This document shows, one piece after another, positions 13,966 to 26,100 of a stretch of 64,000 nucleotides of DNA (the first letter of the stretch is position 1; each line of letters opens with the position of its first letter). A program made the translations under genes and the position numbers. Under the pieces are notes generated by a model that made no database searches, had not been told where the DNA came from, and was given only the letters and a program-made list of their open reading frames with translations. Location: NCBI GenBank assembly GCA_030141605.1, contig JAQGDQ010000004.1, positions 1,116,001 to 1,180,000 of the forward strand. Reading direction: 5' to 3'. The stretch is from Tubiluchus corallicola (lineage: Eukaryota > Animalia > Priapulida).

Positions 13966-16375
13966 ATGCAAATTATGAAACCAAAAAACGAAAAATAATT
14001 TTATTACAAGTAGATAAATTTCTTGTGTGGCTTGAAATTATATTTTACAGTTGTGGATCATTGTATCCTGAGAATGGTTTAAGAAGCAAATGTAAAGTGA
14101 AGCCATACTGTAAAAATAATGTTAAACTGACATACAATTTGGGGTAAGAAGTAGCAAAAAAATTGAAAATTCTGTGTACTGTGTAATCAAACAAAAGTGT
14201 TTAATTTAGTGCCTAACCAGTTATATAATCACAACAATTCATTTGAACACAACTTTCAAATATTTGTTAAGTACATTCAGTTTGATCAGTATAATATGTG
14301 ATAACATTAGCTTCGAGTAAGACTTTAAGATGCTGTAAATATATATGTATCTATATAAAGACTTTATAAATGAATTTTGATAAGAATTATGCGTTCTATC
14401 GTTTTATTGGGAAATACTGTGCAAATTTTTTGGACAATAAAAATATGCTATTATTGCAGGTTAAAGAAATTTACAAGCTTATTATATTAATAGTGATTTT
14501 ATAGTAAAAAAATAAATATGATAAAAATAAATACAGTGTAACCCAATAATTGCATAATTGAATCAGTGTAGGTTGTTTGGTCAGTATAGCCTGTGCTTAA
14601 AGTGTGCCGGGTCTGTCTAGGTCACAGACCCGGAACCGAAAATTGTAGACCCAGCACCTAAAGAGAAACTAATTTCTCGCCGGCTCCCTCACCATTTTAT
14701 TGGCTATAAGCTTATCCATAACACAAAAACATGTGATACATAAAACCTTCTAGCAGTATTACTAAAAATTTTGTCTGTTATTGAACTGCACTGTACAGAC
14801 AAAAGCAAAACAAACAGTTACTTAAAAACGCACCACAACAGTTATAGCTCTATGCATTATTTTTGTCTCTGCGCTGTCACATCACAACTGTTCGAAGAAT
14901 TGTGTTTGTTGCACGTGTTCATTTTTGTTGGAAATGAAAGGACACAGGCACAACTCATCACTGGATTTTTCCGTTACCAACAGAATACATAATTATAGAA
15001 ATTATCATAATGCAATTATGACTGAAAGTACTATCAACTTACCATAATTACCAAAAAAGGTTTGTCAATTATGAGGGTGTAGCCAATAAGTGAACCTGTG
15101 ATGAAAGTGATCAGGGCGTATTTCCCAATGACTAACCAGGCTGTAGACTAGTGTGCCAAAATTTAATGGTGGCTCAGTATTAAAAAATTCTATTCTCCTG
15201 TATACTAATGTGTATCCTTTCATATCCACATACCGCCTGCGGGTCTATATAAGAGCCATATAATGTTTATAATATATGTATAAAACCCTACACCACAAAC
15301 AGTTGTGCAGCCTCCTTACATATAACCTGTACGAATATATATGTAATTAACAAAAACAAGAATAAGAGTATTTAGGTAGTAGTACTACTAATATACCATA
15401 ATAATAGTTTACTGGGCTTCGTATACAGACAATCGCAAACAGAATTGAACTATCAGCCTAGAGCATTATAATTTTTTGATGCGACCCTGAAAATGATGGG
15501 TAAAGCAGATAGACTGTGAATTAAAAGAAAAAAATAGATGAGTTTTTAAATGAAAATAATTAAAATTTTTGTGTTTGAAGATCATGAAAATATGATGTAG
15601 TTGACTCACAAGAAAAGGATTGGTCACAAAAGAAAATGATATTGATTAGATGATTCAAAGGACCTAGATGGATGGTTTGACAGTGGTTAAATGAGCAGAG
15701 AAAGAAAGTGTTGCTTTTGAATAAAGACCTAAATTTTGTATCCTTTAGTTGAAAAACTGCTGAAATACTGCTTGCTGAAGTGCCATTTTTTTTATTAACT
15801 TTCCGACCATTGATTTACTCAAAATGCCTAAAAACTATGAAAATCCTTGGTTTACAGGGCTCGACCCCAGATCACAATGGACGAGCTTACTGCACTGCCC
15901 CAGACCATGACTACCTGTTTTTTACTCTGTTCGCCATGAGACCCCTTACCTAAATATGTGCACTTTAAGCACTGAGTATAACTGTTTTTTGTAGGGCATG
16001 CCTCAAAAGTGTAGTTATTAGTTTTTACTTCCTGAAAAACTTGCAACAAATTAGAATGATTTAAAAATGTTTTAATACAGATTAAACAGTATCAAAAGCT
16101 TGGCGAGTTATATAGCACGGCGGACAATTGGGCCATGTGAAACTCTATTTTCCAAATGTGGAGAGAAGTACCGGATTTCATCTGGCCCAGCAACACACTT
16201 GATATTTTGATAAAATAATTTGACTAGAAAATAATACTGCAACATATGAAATGCAGAAAATTGAAAATTGAATTTTAAGGATCATTGTATCAATTCCAGA
16301 CAAAAAATTAAAAAAATTCTCCTACTTCGGCCAGTGGCTTACTCGACGCCCAACAACGTAGTTAACAACAATGTT

Positions 16376-17120
16376 GGGCGCCGAGTAATCCGCCAACCGA
16401 AATAGGACGATTGGCGTACATGGACTAGCCCAAGTAGGAAGCGTCGTACATGGGCTGCCCAAGTAGGACACTAGAAACAGGTCGCGAATTGAGTTGTTAA
16501 GCGTAGTGGCACCGTCCGTTGTCCTTGTTTATGGAATAACAATAATTAAAAACGTCAATATACGTCAAATAATTTATTATACATCTGATAAAATAAAATA
16601 ATTTTATTCTGAGCTAGAAGAATTAATATTTGCCAATAATAATCTTCTTTGAAGTGAAATAAGCATGCTTTTTAGGCGATCCAACATTTGTTTAAGGTAT
16701 ATCATTTTTATTTTGTCTTGCTTCACAGATAGGTGATCGTTTTCACTCCCTCTTGGACAAATAATTGTTTTCTACTAAGTAAATGGGTTAGCAAGTTATG
16801 TGCCCTACATAGTTTCTCTCTTTAAAGCATTAGATATTTAGTTTAATGTTACGATGATATTAATGGAGCCAATAATAATGATAATATTGTTGTAAAAAAC
16901 TATGTTTGTAAATTGTCAAGGACCATCCATCATTATTATAAAGTTACTTTTTTCTAAAACAAATTTATTTTTATGTTTTTGTATGTCATAATGCTCGCTT
17001 CTCGACAGAAATCGCTAGTGTCCTACTTTGGCTGTCCATGTACATCACTGCTTTTCCGCAAATTTAGCACATGCGTTTTGCCGGACGTGTCCTACTTCGG
17101 CTAGTGGGTTACTCGGCGCC
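16376..17120. mobile_element. MITE with long imperfect terminal inverted repeats (GGGCGCCGAGTAA..), ending 76 bp upstream of the arylsulfatase ATG
   Basis: Left GGGCGCCGAGTAATCCGCCAACCGAAATAGG pairs with right CCTACTTCGGCTAGTGGGTTACTCGGCGCCC. Subterminal GTACATGGGCTGCCCAAGTAGGACACTAG (~16446-16473) pairs with CTAGTGTCCTACTTTGGCTGTCCATGTAC (~17015-17043). An extra right-end copy sits at 16321-16351. No TSD is evident and the superfamily is not assigned. Confidence 0.75.
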
Positions 17121-17196
17121 CGAAAAATTCAAGTTCGTTTATGCTTTCGAGTTAACTGTGCAAGACGATTTAAATATAGAGTAGTCACGGATGTAA

Positions 17197-20100
17197 ATGG
17201 CAACAGAAATGTGGCAGAAAATCTTGCTTTTTGCAATTTTGTTGGGATTTTTGTTAACGTTAACTTTAGTTTTTACATGTATGAAATATTACATTTTCTT
17301 GTTCTATCCCTTTTCGTGGTCGAAACTTTCGCACTTGGTAGATAATTTGCAGCCACCAAATATAATTTTTATCGTAGCTGATGATCTAGGTTAGTATCAG
17401 AGAAGTACTTATTATTATTTGCCTTGGCTGCAGTTAACGAATTAGGGTATCTAAATCAAATTTATTTGTTTCAAAGTCATCATGTTACATCTGTGAATCG
17501 TATCTAATTAACTCGCCAGTTAACTGTGCTTCAGCTGTGCAGGGCCAGTGCTAGGAAGTGCAGGGTCCAGTTAGTTAATGGGGCCCATTACCCTACAAAA
17601 GCTGAAGATTGATGTTTTATACTTCATGTAGTGCGCCAGCCTCAGTCAAAAAGTGTTGAGGGCTTAAGGCTCCCACATTAGCCACAATTATATACTAAGA
17701 ATTGAAAGCCCATATGAAAGTTTTAATGTTTATTTACAAGTAAAGGTAATTACTGGCATATTCTCTGTGCACACCTATGAAAACAGGCTTTTTTATCCAA
17801 GAAATCTTTCAAAGTCAATAGTTTTCGTAATATATGTCATTTTCTATAGATAGCATTGCCAAATTGTTTAGTCTGTTTTGTGAAATTGTTGAACGTAGGT
17901 ATTTTTTAATCTGCGATGAGGGCAAGGCTGGCAGTACGGTACAGTATGAAAAAAATATTGCGTAAGAGCACTATGGCTTCAATTATGCCAACACTCCCCT
18001 CTCTCACTTTGGTTGCATCCTACTTGTGACGTAGGCATCACTATTTAACTGTTAGCCTCCGCCCAGTCTGTGCTACCCTGTTGTAAGCCAGCTGTAACAT
18101 TACCACCTTGAGCTGATGACTCTGTTGCTATGAAACTTCTTTACTGTTTTCAATAAAATAGTTTATGTTGCATAAATCTGTACAGTTTGATGTTTTCTAT
18201 CAGTAACCTCATATTTCTTTTTTAATCTGTGTTGAGGGAAAGGCTGGCAGTACGGTACAGTACGAAAAAAATATTGTACTTTGTACCTCGAAAAAATACT
18301 GACGGTAATTCCGCACTGTAACCACAAATCGAATCATAACGTACTAGTATGAAAAAATATTGTACCATAATTCCATGCCAAGTGCTTGTAGGATCTAATG
18401 TAAAAAGTAAAATGTAAAAACGATAAGTTTATCAATTATTATGAATTTATGCATACTATAAAAACAGAAATGCTGTTTGTTTAGAAATACTATAAACTGA
18501 AATTTATAGTGGAAAAACAGTAATAGTTACTGTTTTGTAAATCCACTCAAAATAAATAAAGTTTATGTATATAAATGCTGTTTGAACTTCCAGACAACTT
18601 TTTTAGGTTACAAAAGTTACACGAAATTATTTATAAATAATAAATTTATTTTTTGTTTTACTTTTTCTTAATAAATGATTTTGTGGCAGATGCTACAAGT
18701 TATGGTCATTAACTAGATTTTAATGGTTGTCTTAAATTATATTCTCACTAGAGACAAATTTTTAATGATGATTCAAATTTAGCCTCTTGCTTAAAACATT
18801 TGCATCTATACCACACAGTCTGTGCTGGTTAATGTGTTAGCTCAGTATGTGTCGAATTTCTTTCATTGGCAGGACAAATCTTTAACTCATATTATGCACT
18901 CAAGGTATGCAGATTTTTTGAAGCAAGTATGAATGTAAATAAAAATGGTACAGGTAAAAATGGCACGAGGGAAAAAAGAAGCAATTTTTTCTGTAGCAGT
19001 TTTACCCATGCCATTTTAGCCAGCAGTACATTCCTATGCAATTCTCACAAGTAGCAGTCAGAGTAGTGGTGTTATATGAATAGGTGTCAAACGTGGTAAG
19101 CAATATACCCAGTTTGTATACATACAACACTAAAGATAAGGTAAAAAACGACAAATGATAACCGGCGCTTCTAAACAACTTCCCATCTTTGCATCCAAAC
19201 GTTTTGCATCTAGCCGTTTTGTTTGCGCGTGTTCTGCATTATCTAGGGGAGAGCGATAAGTCCCCACCCATGAGACAAGACAAGTCGTCGGGCTGAGTAG
19301 CTGACCAGTGAAAATGTTACAGGAAGCTGTGTATAATGGTACATAAAAAGTATGATAAAATATGGGAAAGGTACGAAAAAGTACCCCAATTTCGTACCGT
19401 ACCATGCTGTTGAAAAAACACAGTACCGTACTTTTAAGAGTTTTTTTGTACCATATAGGCAGCTTTGGTTGAGGTCTTGAATATCGTTGACAAATTAATA
19501 AAATTAAATTCTAACAACGATCTAACTTATGATAGGGTTCGCCAGTTACCTTTCTTGAAAGGCAAATGGCAATGATAAACTGAAATTACAAAACAAATAA
19601 ATGATCAGCAAAAAGTACATTGGAACATAGATATACGAGGACAGACTGAATGGTTTCACAGCTTTACAGTATCAAGGAACTTCGTGCACAGTAGACACTC
19701 ATTAATTCATCATGGCATTCCTCAGCTGGAGCACATGCGCAGGACACTTTTTGGCTCGGGGTGCAATTCGAACGAATGTCTAATTGGCTTAAAACTGGCC
19801 CTGCTTCTGTGAAAAAAAGATTATTATTGCTATCCTATATGTAACTATTGAAAATTTATAACTGCAAAAAAACTTAAACAAGTATTGTTACTGAAAGAAA
19901 GCAATGCAAAGTATTTAGGACGAAAACAATAGGCAATTTTAATACTAAGTTATTTTTATTCATAAAGTCATAACGTAATTGCTAACAAGACTCAACAGAG
20001 AGTGTTTGCTACAATCATAAAATGCTTCTTTGTGATGATGGGAGAGGAACCATAGGCAGGATTTTTGAAAGGAAGGGGTCCAAATGTGATAAAGCAGAAA

Positions 20101-23100
20101 GGTGGATGCGGTGCCCGGAGAAAGCCGGGGGTAACTTCCTGGGCCGCTTAGCTGGTTGGGTAAAGTTTCCTGCCTTTTAACCCATTTTTGAGCCTTTTGA
20201 AGCATACTTGGTGATAAAAGTTTAGAAATAATAAGTAAATTTTTTTTGGACGGCAAATCTGTGTTTAAATATGTAGTTATAATAACAGTAATTGCTACTG
20301 TCTTGTGTAACAAATAAGGATAAATGACAAAAATTCTTACACACCAATGCCCTTTTTATTGCCTAATTATTGTTTCTTTTTATTGTCTGCACTATAACTG
20401 TTATTTTTGTCAGATGTCACTTCAGGTTAATTTTATCAGTCCATGAGTTTTAAGTGTTTTGTTGATTGCCAAAATTACAATGACTGCTTGTAAAATTATT
20501 CAGGGAATAAAAGGTCCTAGTGTTTTTAAATGACTATATTATTGCTGTACATTGTTATAGTCTTGTTGTTTTATCTATGAGTTAAAATAAGTTTTTCGTA
20601 ACAAACACTAAAATTTCTGTCTTCGTTGCACTAAGAATGATTATTGTAATTATGGTTTTACTAATTTAGTACTTTGGTCAATTCAAGGCACCTAGCTATT
20701 CATTAATTCCGTTAACTAAACACAGCTATAGCTGTAGCATGAATTTAGCACATACATGAATTAAATTTTTAAGTTATTATATACAGCGTAAACAGGATTG
20801 TTTAATTACTAACGGTCAATCATAGGCTTTAGTGAAACAATTAACACAGCATAACAAATGTTGAGGCAGATCAGAGATGCTAATTATAGCAGAAAATAAG
20901 CACACTGACTCTAGCTTTGCCTCCTCTGTGATACCACATGCAACAGCATTTTCGTACTTTGTTGTATCCCTTCTGATGCCGCTTCTGGGAACAGATGTTA
21001 TCCTGCAGTCAAGACATGATTGTAAACTAGAATTGTCTGCACTCTAGAACATGTTCTACGTTCACAAGCTAATTGTAGATTTTTTTATAGCCAGCCTCTA
21101 CAATTTCTGCACATTTTTGAGCTAAGTAGAACTTGTACTTTGGTTTGTAATTGAATTTTTGTGTCATCTCGTGATACCTAAAGAATTTAAACGATTCTTC
21201 AAAAATTCACCCACAGAGTTACGGTCTGTAAGGAAACTTATTGGGCATGATTTTGACTGTGACTGTAATAACATCATTTCAGAATCAGAATTTTGCACTG
21301 TTAACTATAGTGGAAATTCTCTAATATTTATAACAAATATTGTTATTTTTTATTTACAACTTTTCTTAGTTGCTAAACTACATGTGACACTGAAGTAGGG
21401 AAATTATAATAGAACAGTTAAAACTGTAATCCACTCAATTTGTGTTGCCACTAAAATGACTAATTGTTTTACAGTGTACCTTTACTTCAGTCAGAATCGG
21501 TTCTTAGGGACTAGCACTTGATTGTTTAGGGCAATTTTTTCTTTTGTACGTAACCGCTTATTTGGTACTAAGAAATGCTTACATAATTGGTGTATATATC
21601 TATCTATATATATATATATCCGTCATTACTTTGTTGATGCCCACATGTTGTGCGAATTAACTGAAATAAATTGTTGGAATTCAGTCAACACTGAATATTG
21701 AATATGTCAACATTTAGTAACTGCATGTATTTATGTGTTTCTAGGTTGGAATGATGTCAGTTGGCACAACCCTAGTATGATCACACCAAATTTAGACAAA
21801 CTTGCTCATGGCGGTGTAATACTGAATCAAGCCTATGTTCAGCCTGTTTGTTCTCCGTATGTGAATGTTTCTCTTATTTAGTTATTGCTTTCTTTGTAAG
21901 TGTAGGCCTGTTTTCTAAATTAGGTCTGCATTGAACATTTATTGTGAAGTTTGTGCAGCGTTAGTCTTTCTTTTTTCTTTAATCTTACCATCTTGTGAGA
22001 AACCACTGTAATATGCATTCTTTTAGCTCACACATGCTTAACAAGGGATGGTTATTAGTGGTTACACGGGTAGCAAAAACCAGACTCTGGTACCCTATTC
22101 CTTATACCCGTCGGGTATTCTGTTGTTCAACAGCATTGAAGAAACTGTAGTCTTTTATATTCATAAATAAAAAAAACCACTGGTGCATTTTAACTAATTG
22201 CACTGTTACGTTAACAACAAGCATTCATTTGTTACACCTAGAAAACCTGAACACACGAGCTGTGAGTTGCGAAAGTTAGTGCTTTCCCACACAAGACATT
22301 TGACTGAGTTTTTATCTGCCAGACCTTAATTACTTCATTGCACGCTTTGCCAATGAGTTAGCTACGTTATCTCTAGGTAATACCGCACTGAGCAGTATTA
22401 ATACAGTGTCGGAATTAGGAGAATAAAATAATCTATATTATCCTTCTTGTGTGCTGTTAAACTTAAACAGTTGGTTCATTCATATCTTTGTTAATGGCCT
22501 GAAGTAGGTTTTTTAAAGGTTAATAAATAGTTTCATATGGATAAATACTCTTGGTAAAGAAATCACAGTTTGTTTTTTTGTAAGTTACCCTTATTGCAAA
22601 AATGCTTTTGTCTGCCATCCCTAGGAAATACTAGTGGTTAGCAAGTATTGTGACCAAGCTGTTAGAGGGTAGTTTCAAATAATACCTACATTTCATTGAC
22701 TTCCTGGTATAAACTATATGCTGAAAACTGTAAATATTTTGACATTACTACAAATTCACGTAATACTGTCACTAAGATATTGGAATTTATTACATCAAAG
22801 TGAGGCCTGTGTCACAGTGAGGATGCACGACAAAATTTCTCTAGGAAGAATTCCTTTCGTATTCCTCATGAAATTGGAACACATTGCTTTCTATGGAGCA
22901 TTTGACTTGGATAACTCATAAGAAATTTTCCTCGTTGGAATTCCTCGTGAGCAATTCTGTCACCCGGTAGAAGCTATGTGTCTTCTTCATGAAATATGCC
23001 ACTTGGCAGAAATACTGCATGTTTCTTTTTCATGAGGATTCCTTGTAGAATTTACATCAAAATTTAACTCTTCGCTTTTTTTGTTTAACGAACAACAATT

Positions 23101-26100
23101 AACATGATTCTCATTCAGTATAAAATTATAAAATTTTATCACTCTTTTATTATACATACGATTTTTTTCTTTATTAATGCAACAGCGATGGCTGTAGTCA
23201 TGAAAAGGAAAAATACTGCATGCATGTGTTTGTATTATATACGTACATTCTCAAAATTTATAGGTGGTCAAAATAACAAACACGTGTGACACCACATTGA
23301 CTAACTTTGTTAATTGCACTTTACATATGTCAATTGTGGCCTGCAACTTAATTTAAACATGATTATATAAAATATGAAAGGACAAAAGCAGCTGTCTTTT
23401 ACTTGCTATGGTAGTGCATCTTCAGGAGATAAAAAAGGTTCATGAAGCCGTTTCAAATGACAATTGCACTACAAGTGGACCTTTGCCTGGCAAATTAACT
23501 CTGCTGTTTATGAAAAAATGAATCCAGAATCCAAGGCTTATTTTTGTTTTCTATATTCTAAGATTCATATGTAAATTGTTTATATTTTCCATCTCACAGA
23601 CTTCTGTATAGGCCTACATTTAAAACTGAGCTCACTTATTTTAGGAATGTTAGCCTATGTAAAATGGTACAACAAGATAATTTATTTTAGTTTTAGCCTG
23701 AAGGAATGTTAATATGGTTACTTAGTTATATTTATAAAACTTTTTTAGAGTATATGCTTGGTCAGATACAAGGTCTAATATCAAACCACAAGGTGTTTTC
23801 ATTATTTTGTACTTATTTAATAGCTAATCGTGATATAGCCATGATTTTTACAATTGTTACCATCTCTGTGAAAGCCGAAATGTGAATATTGAAAAATTTA
23901 TTTAAAATTTCATCTTCACACTTTAATTACAAGTTTAGCATAAAATTTTTATATTTACTAGGCATTGACTCAGAGAAAAGAAGTTCATTACCTCAATGTT
24001 AGCAATAGCGTAGTTTAAGGTTGAATGCAGTCCTTAAAAGCTTAAATCTTTTTTGTAAAAAACAAGTCCTGCAGTAAAGCTAATAACTCATCAAAAGTAT
24101 CTAGATGGGATCATTGTAGTGTAATTATAGGGTTTGTTCCGATTGTCTTCTCGCTGTCCATGATGATGAGTATATAGCTATTGTGAGTAAAAAAGCGTGG
24201 TTTTTGTATGAAATTCACTTCCTTGCTGCATTTGTTCTCCCAAAAAATCAGAAGTTCTCTGACATCAATATCGTGTGTGTTATTCCTTGTGTCCTCAGTG
24301 TGGAATGGATCTTCCACTGTGCGTCTATTTCTTCAATAATAATTTTGGTGATGGTTAGTGTGGTCATGCAACTGCTTTGTAATCTTTGTAATGAGAAAAG
24401 CTTTCTACCAATCATAGTAGTTGCCATTGCCCCTTTAATCTTATCCCTATTTTCCAGGTCTCGTACTGCATTCATGAGCGGTTACTTTCCAATTCATGTC
24501 GGTTTACAGGTTGGTAGTTGCAGATTATTCCATTTGTTGATACGCAAAAAATCGTCTTGTCTTGGGAGTATTCGCTTGCAATATAACCTTATAAACAGAT
24601 CTGAAGCTGGACTCATTTTTTGTTTGCATTGTTGTTCATGTAAGAAGTTTTTAGTCGGCTTTTATATTGTGACATCACAATAGAGTAACCTTGTAGTTTA
24701 AATTTTTACTATGTGTAATGAACTAAACTTTTATACATTGATAAGTGAGTTCAAAAACTGTGATTATTTTCACATGCAGAAAGCAGCAGAATTTAAAATA
24801 TGTAATTTGTCGGTGTTGTTTTTTTATGCATAGCATGGTGTAATATGGCCTCTCCAACCTCATGGTCTGCCTCTAAATCTGACCATCCTTCCACAAGAAA
24901 TGAAGAAGCTTGGTTATGCTACACATGCAGTTGGCAAGTAAGACTTGGTTCTGTGTTGCTTAGAGGTGATTGAAATCACAGGTGCTTCAATTGTCTTTCA
25001 GGGCGCATGTACAGCATTGTATAAAATGTGAAGCACATGACAAGAAGCCTGTGTTGGCTAATCAATGTGCTCCTGGGAATGTTTCAATTTTGCTTTAAGG
25101 CATCATTTAACTGCTTTGTTTTAAATTGGCACAACCAGGATAGCCATAAAAAAGCTTCGTCGTTACGTATATCACAATTGGATAGAATCTTTGAAGCTTA
25201 ATTGTGAGCATGTCACCATTTATCAGTTCAGTATTTTAGCTTCAGTACTGTTCTTGTTCTTTAAAGATGCAGACATAAGTAGACCTGTAAAATGCTGTAA
25301 AAGTGCCTACAGTTTTCAAATTTAAACGTTTTTTATGTATGTTGCACTATGTGTGTTTTGTCAACTGTTGATACCGCTGTCATCGTGATTTTGTCAGTGT
25401 GAAGTTACTGCATAAATTGTGTGAAAACTATAATGCAACCCAAAGTTGTTACTGTTATGCAAGTGTTTCTGCTCTAAAGTGTTTTTTCTGAATTTAAGGT
25501 GGCATTTAGGGTTTTGTAATTGGAAGTATACTCCTACTGATCGTGGATTTGATTCTTTCTATGGATTTTTTACTGGAAGTGAAGATTACTGGACGCATGA
25601 TAGAAGTGAGTGTTTTAAATGTAAAACTATGGAAATGAGATTTCATTTTTAGCCAGCCAAGTTTACAAATCATGATTAACTTATCTTTTGTTCTTATAAA
25701 CTGATTCAAATAACTTGACTATCTCGAAAATAATTTCACTCAAGCAATTTAATTTTAGCTGGGAATGTTTCTATCACTTCCCGAGATTCTTTAATAGTTT
25801 TATACTTGGTCATTTGTAACAGAGTTGTGCTGTCTTGTCATATTAATATTTTGTGAGCTTATAACACCACTAACTCATGTTTTTGTAATCCCTTTATACT
25901 TGTTTTATCAGCTTATGAGGGCTGCACAGGACTGGATCTTCGCAACAACAGAGACCCAGTAAGGACGCAAAGTGGCCATTATTCTACAGTAAGTAGAAAC
26001 TTTGATTTTTCTTCCCTGTTAATTGCTGACTGGTTTATTTTATTTTGACTTTACTTATATTTTACAATCATTTTCTTGTTACATTTAACAGATTGTGTAG

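Larger units (their letters stand above)
17540..19803. mobile_element. Outer hAT-like non-autonomous element in arylsulfatase intron 1, hosting nested insertions
   Basis: Perfect 10-bp TIR CAGGGCCAGT / ACTGGCCCTG. The 8-bp flanks CAGCTGTG / CTTCTGTG match at 6 of 8 positions, consistent with a decayed hAT 8-bp TSD. Confidence 0.65.

Noticed and set aside
18105-18145. CTGATGA...GAAAC hammerhead-ribozyme-like core inside the LTR-like insert
   Set aside because: Stem II cannot pair (CTCTG/GCTAT, no R-Y closing pair) and no stem III or NUH site is apparent. CTGATGA at 35724 and 53819 fails likewise. A covariance-model search would settle it.
22802-23300. Possible PIF/Harbinger-like MITE (GGCCTGTGTCACA.. 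with TTCCTCRTG repeats)
   Set aside because: Only a weak partial right end (TGTGACC) and no TSD, which is insufficient to call.
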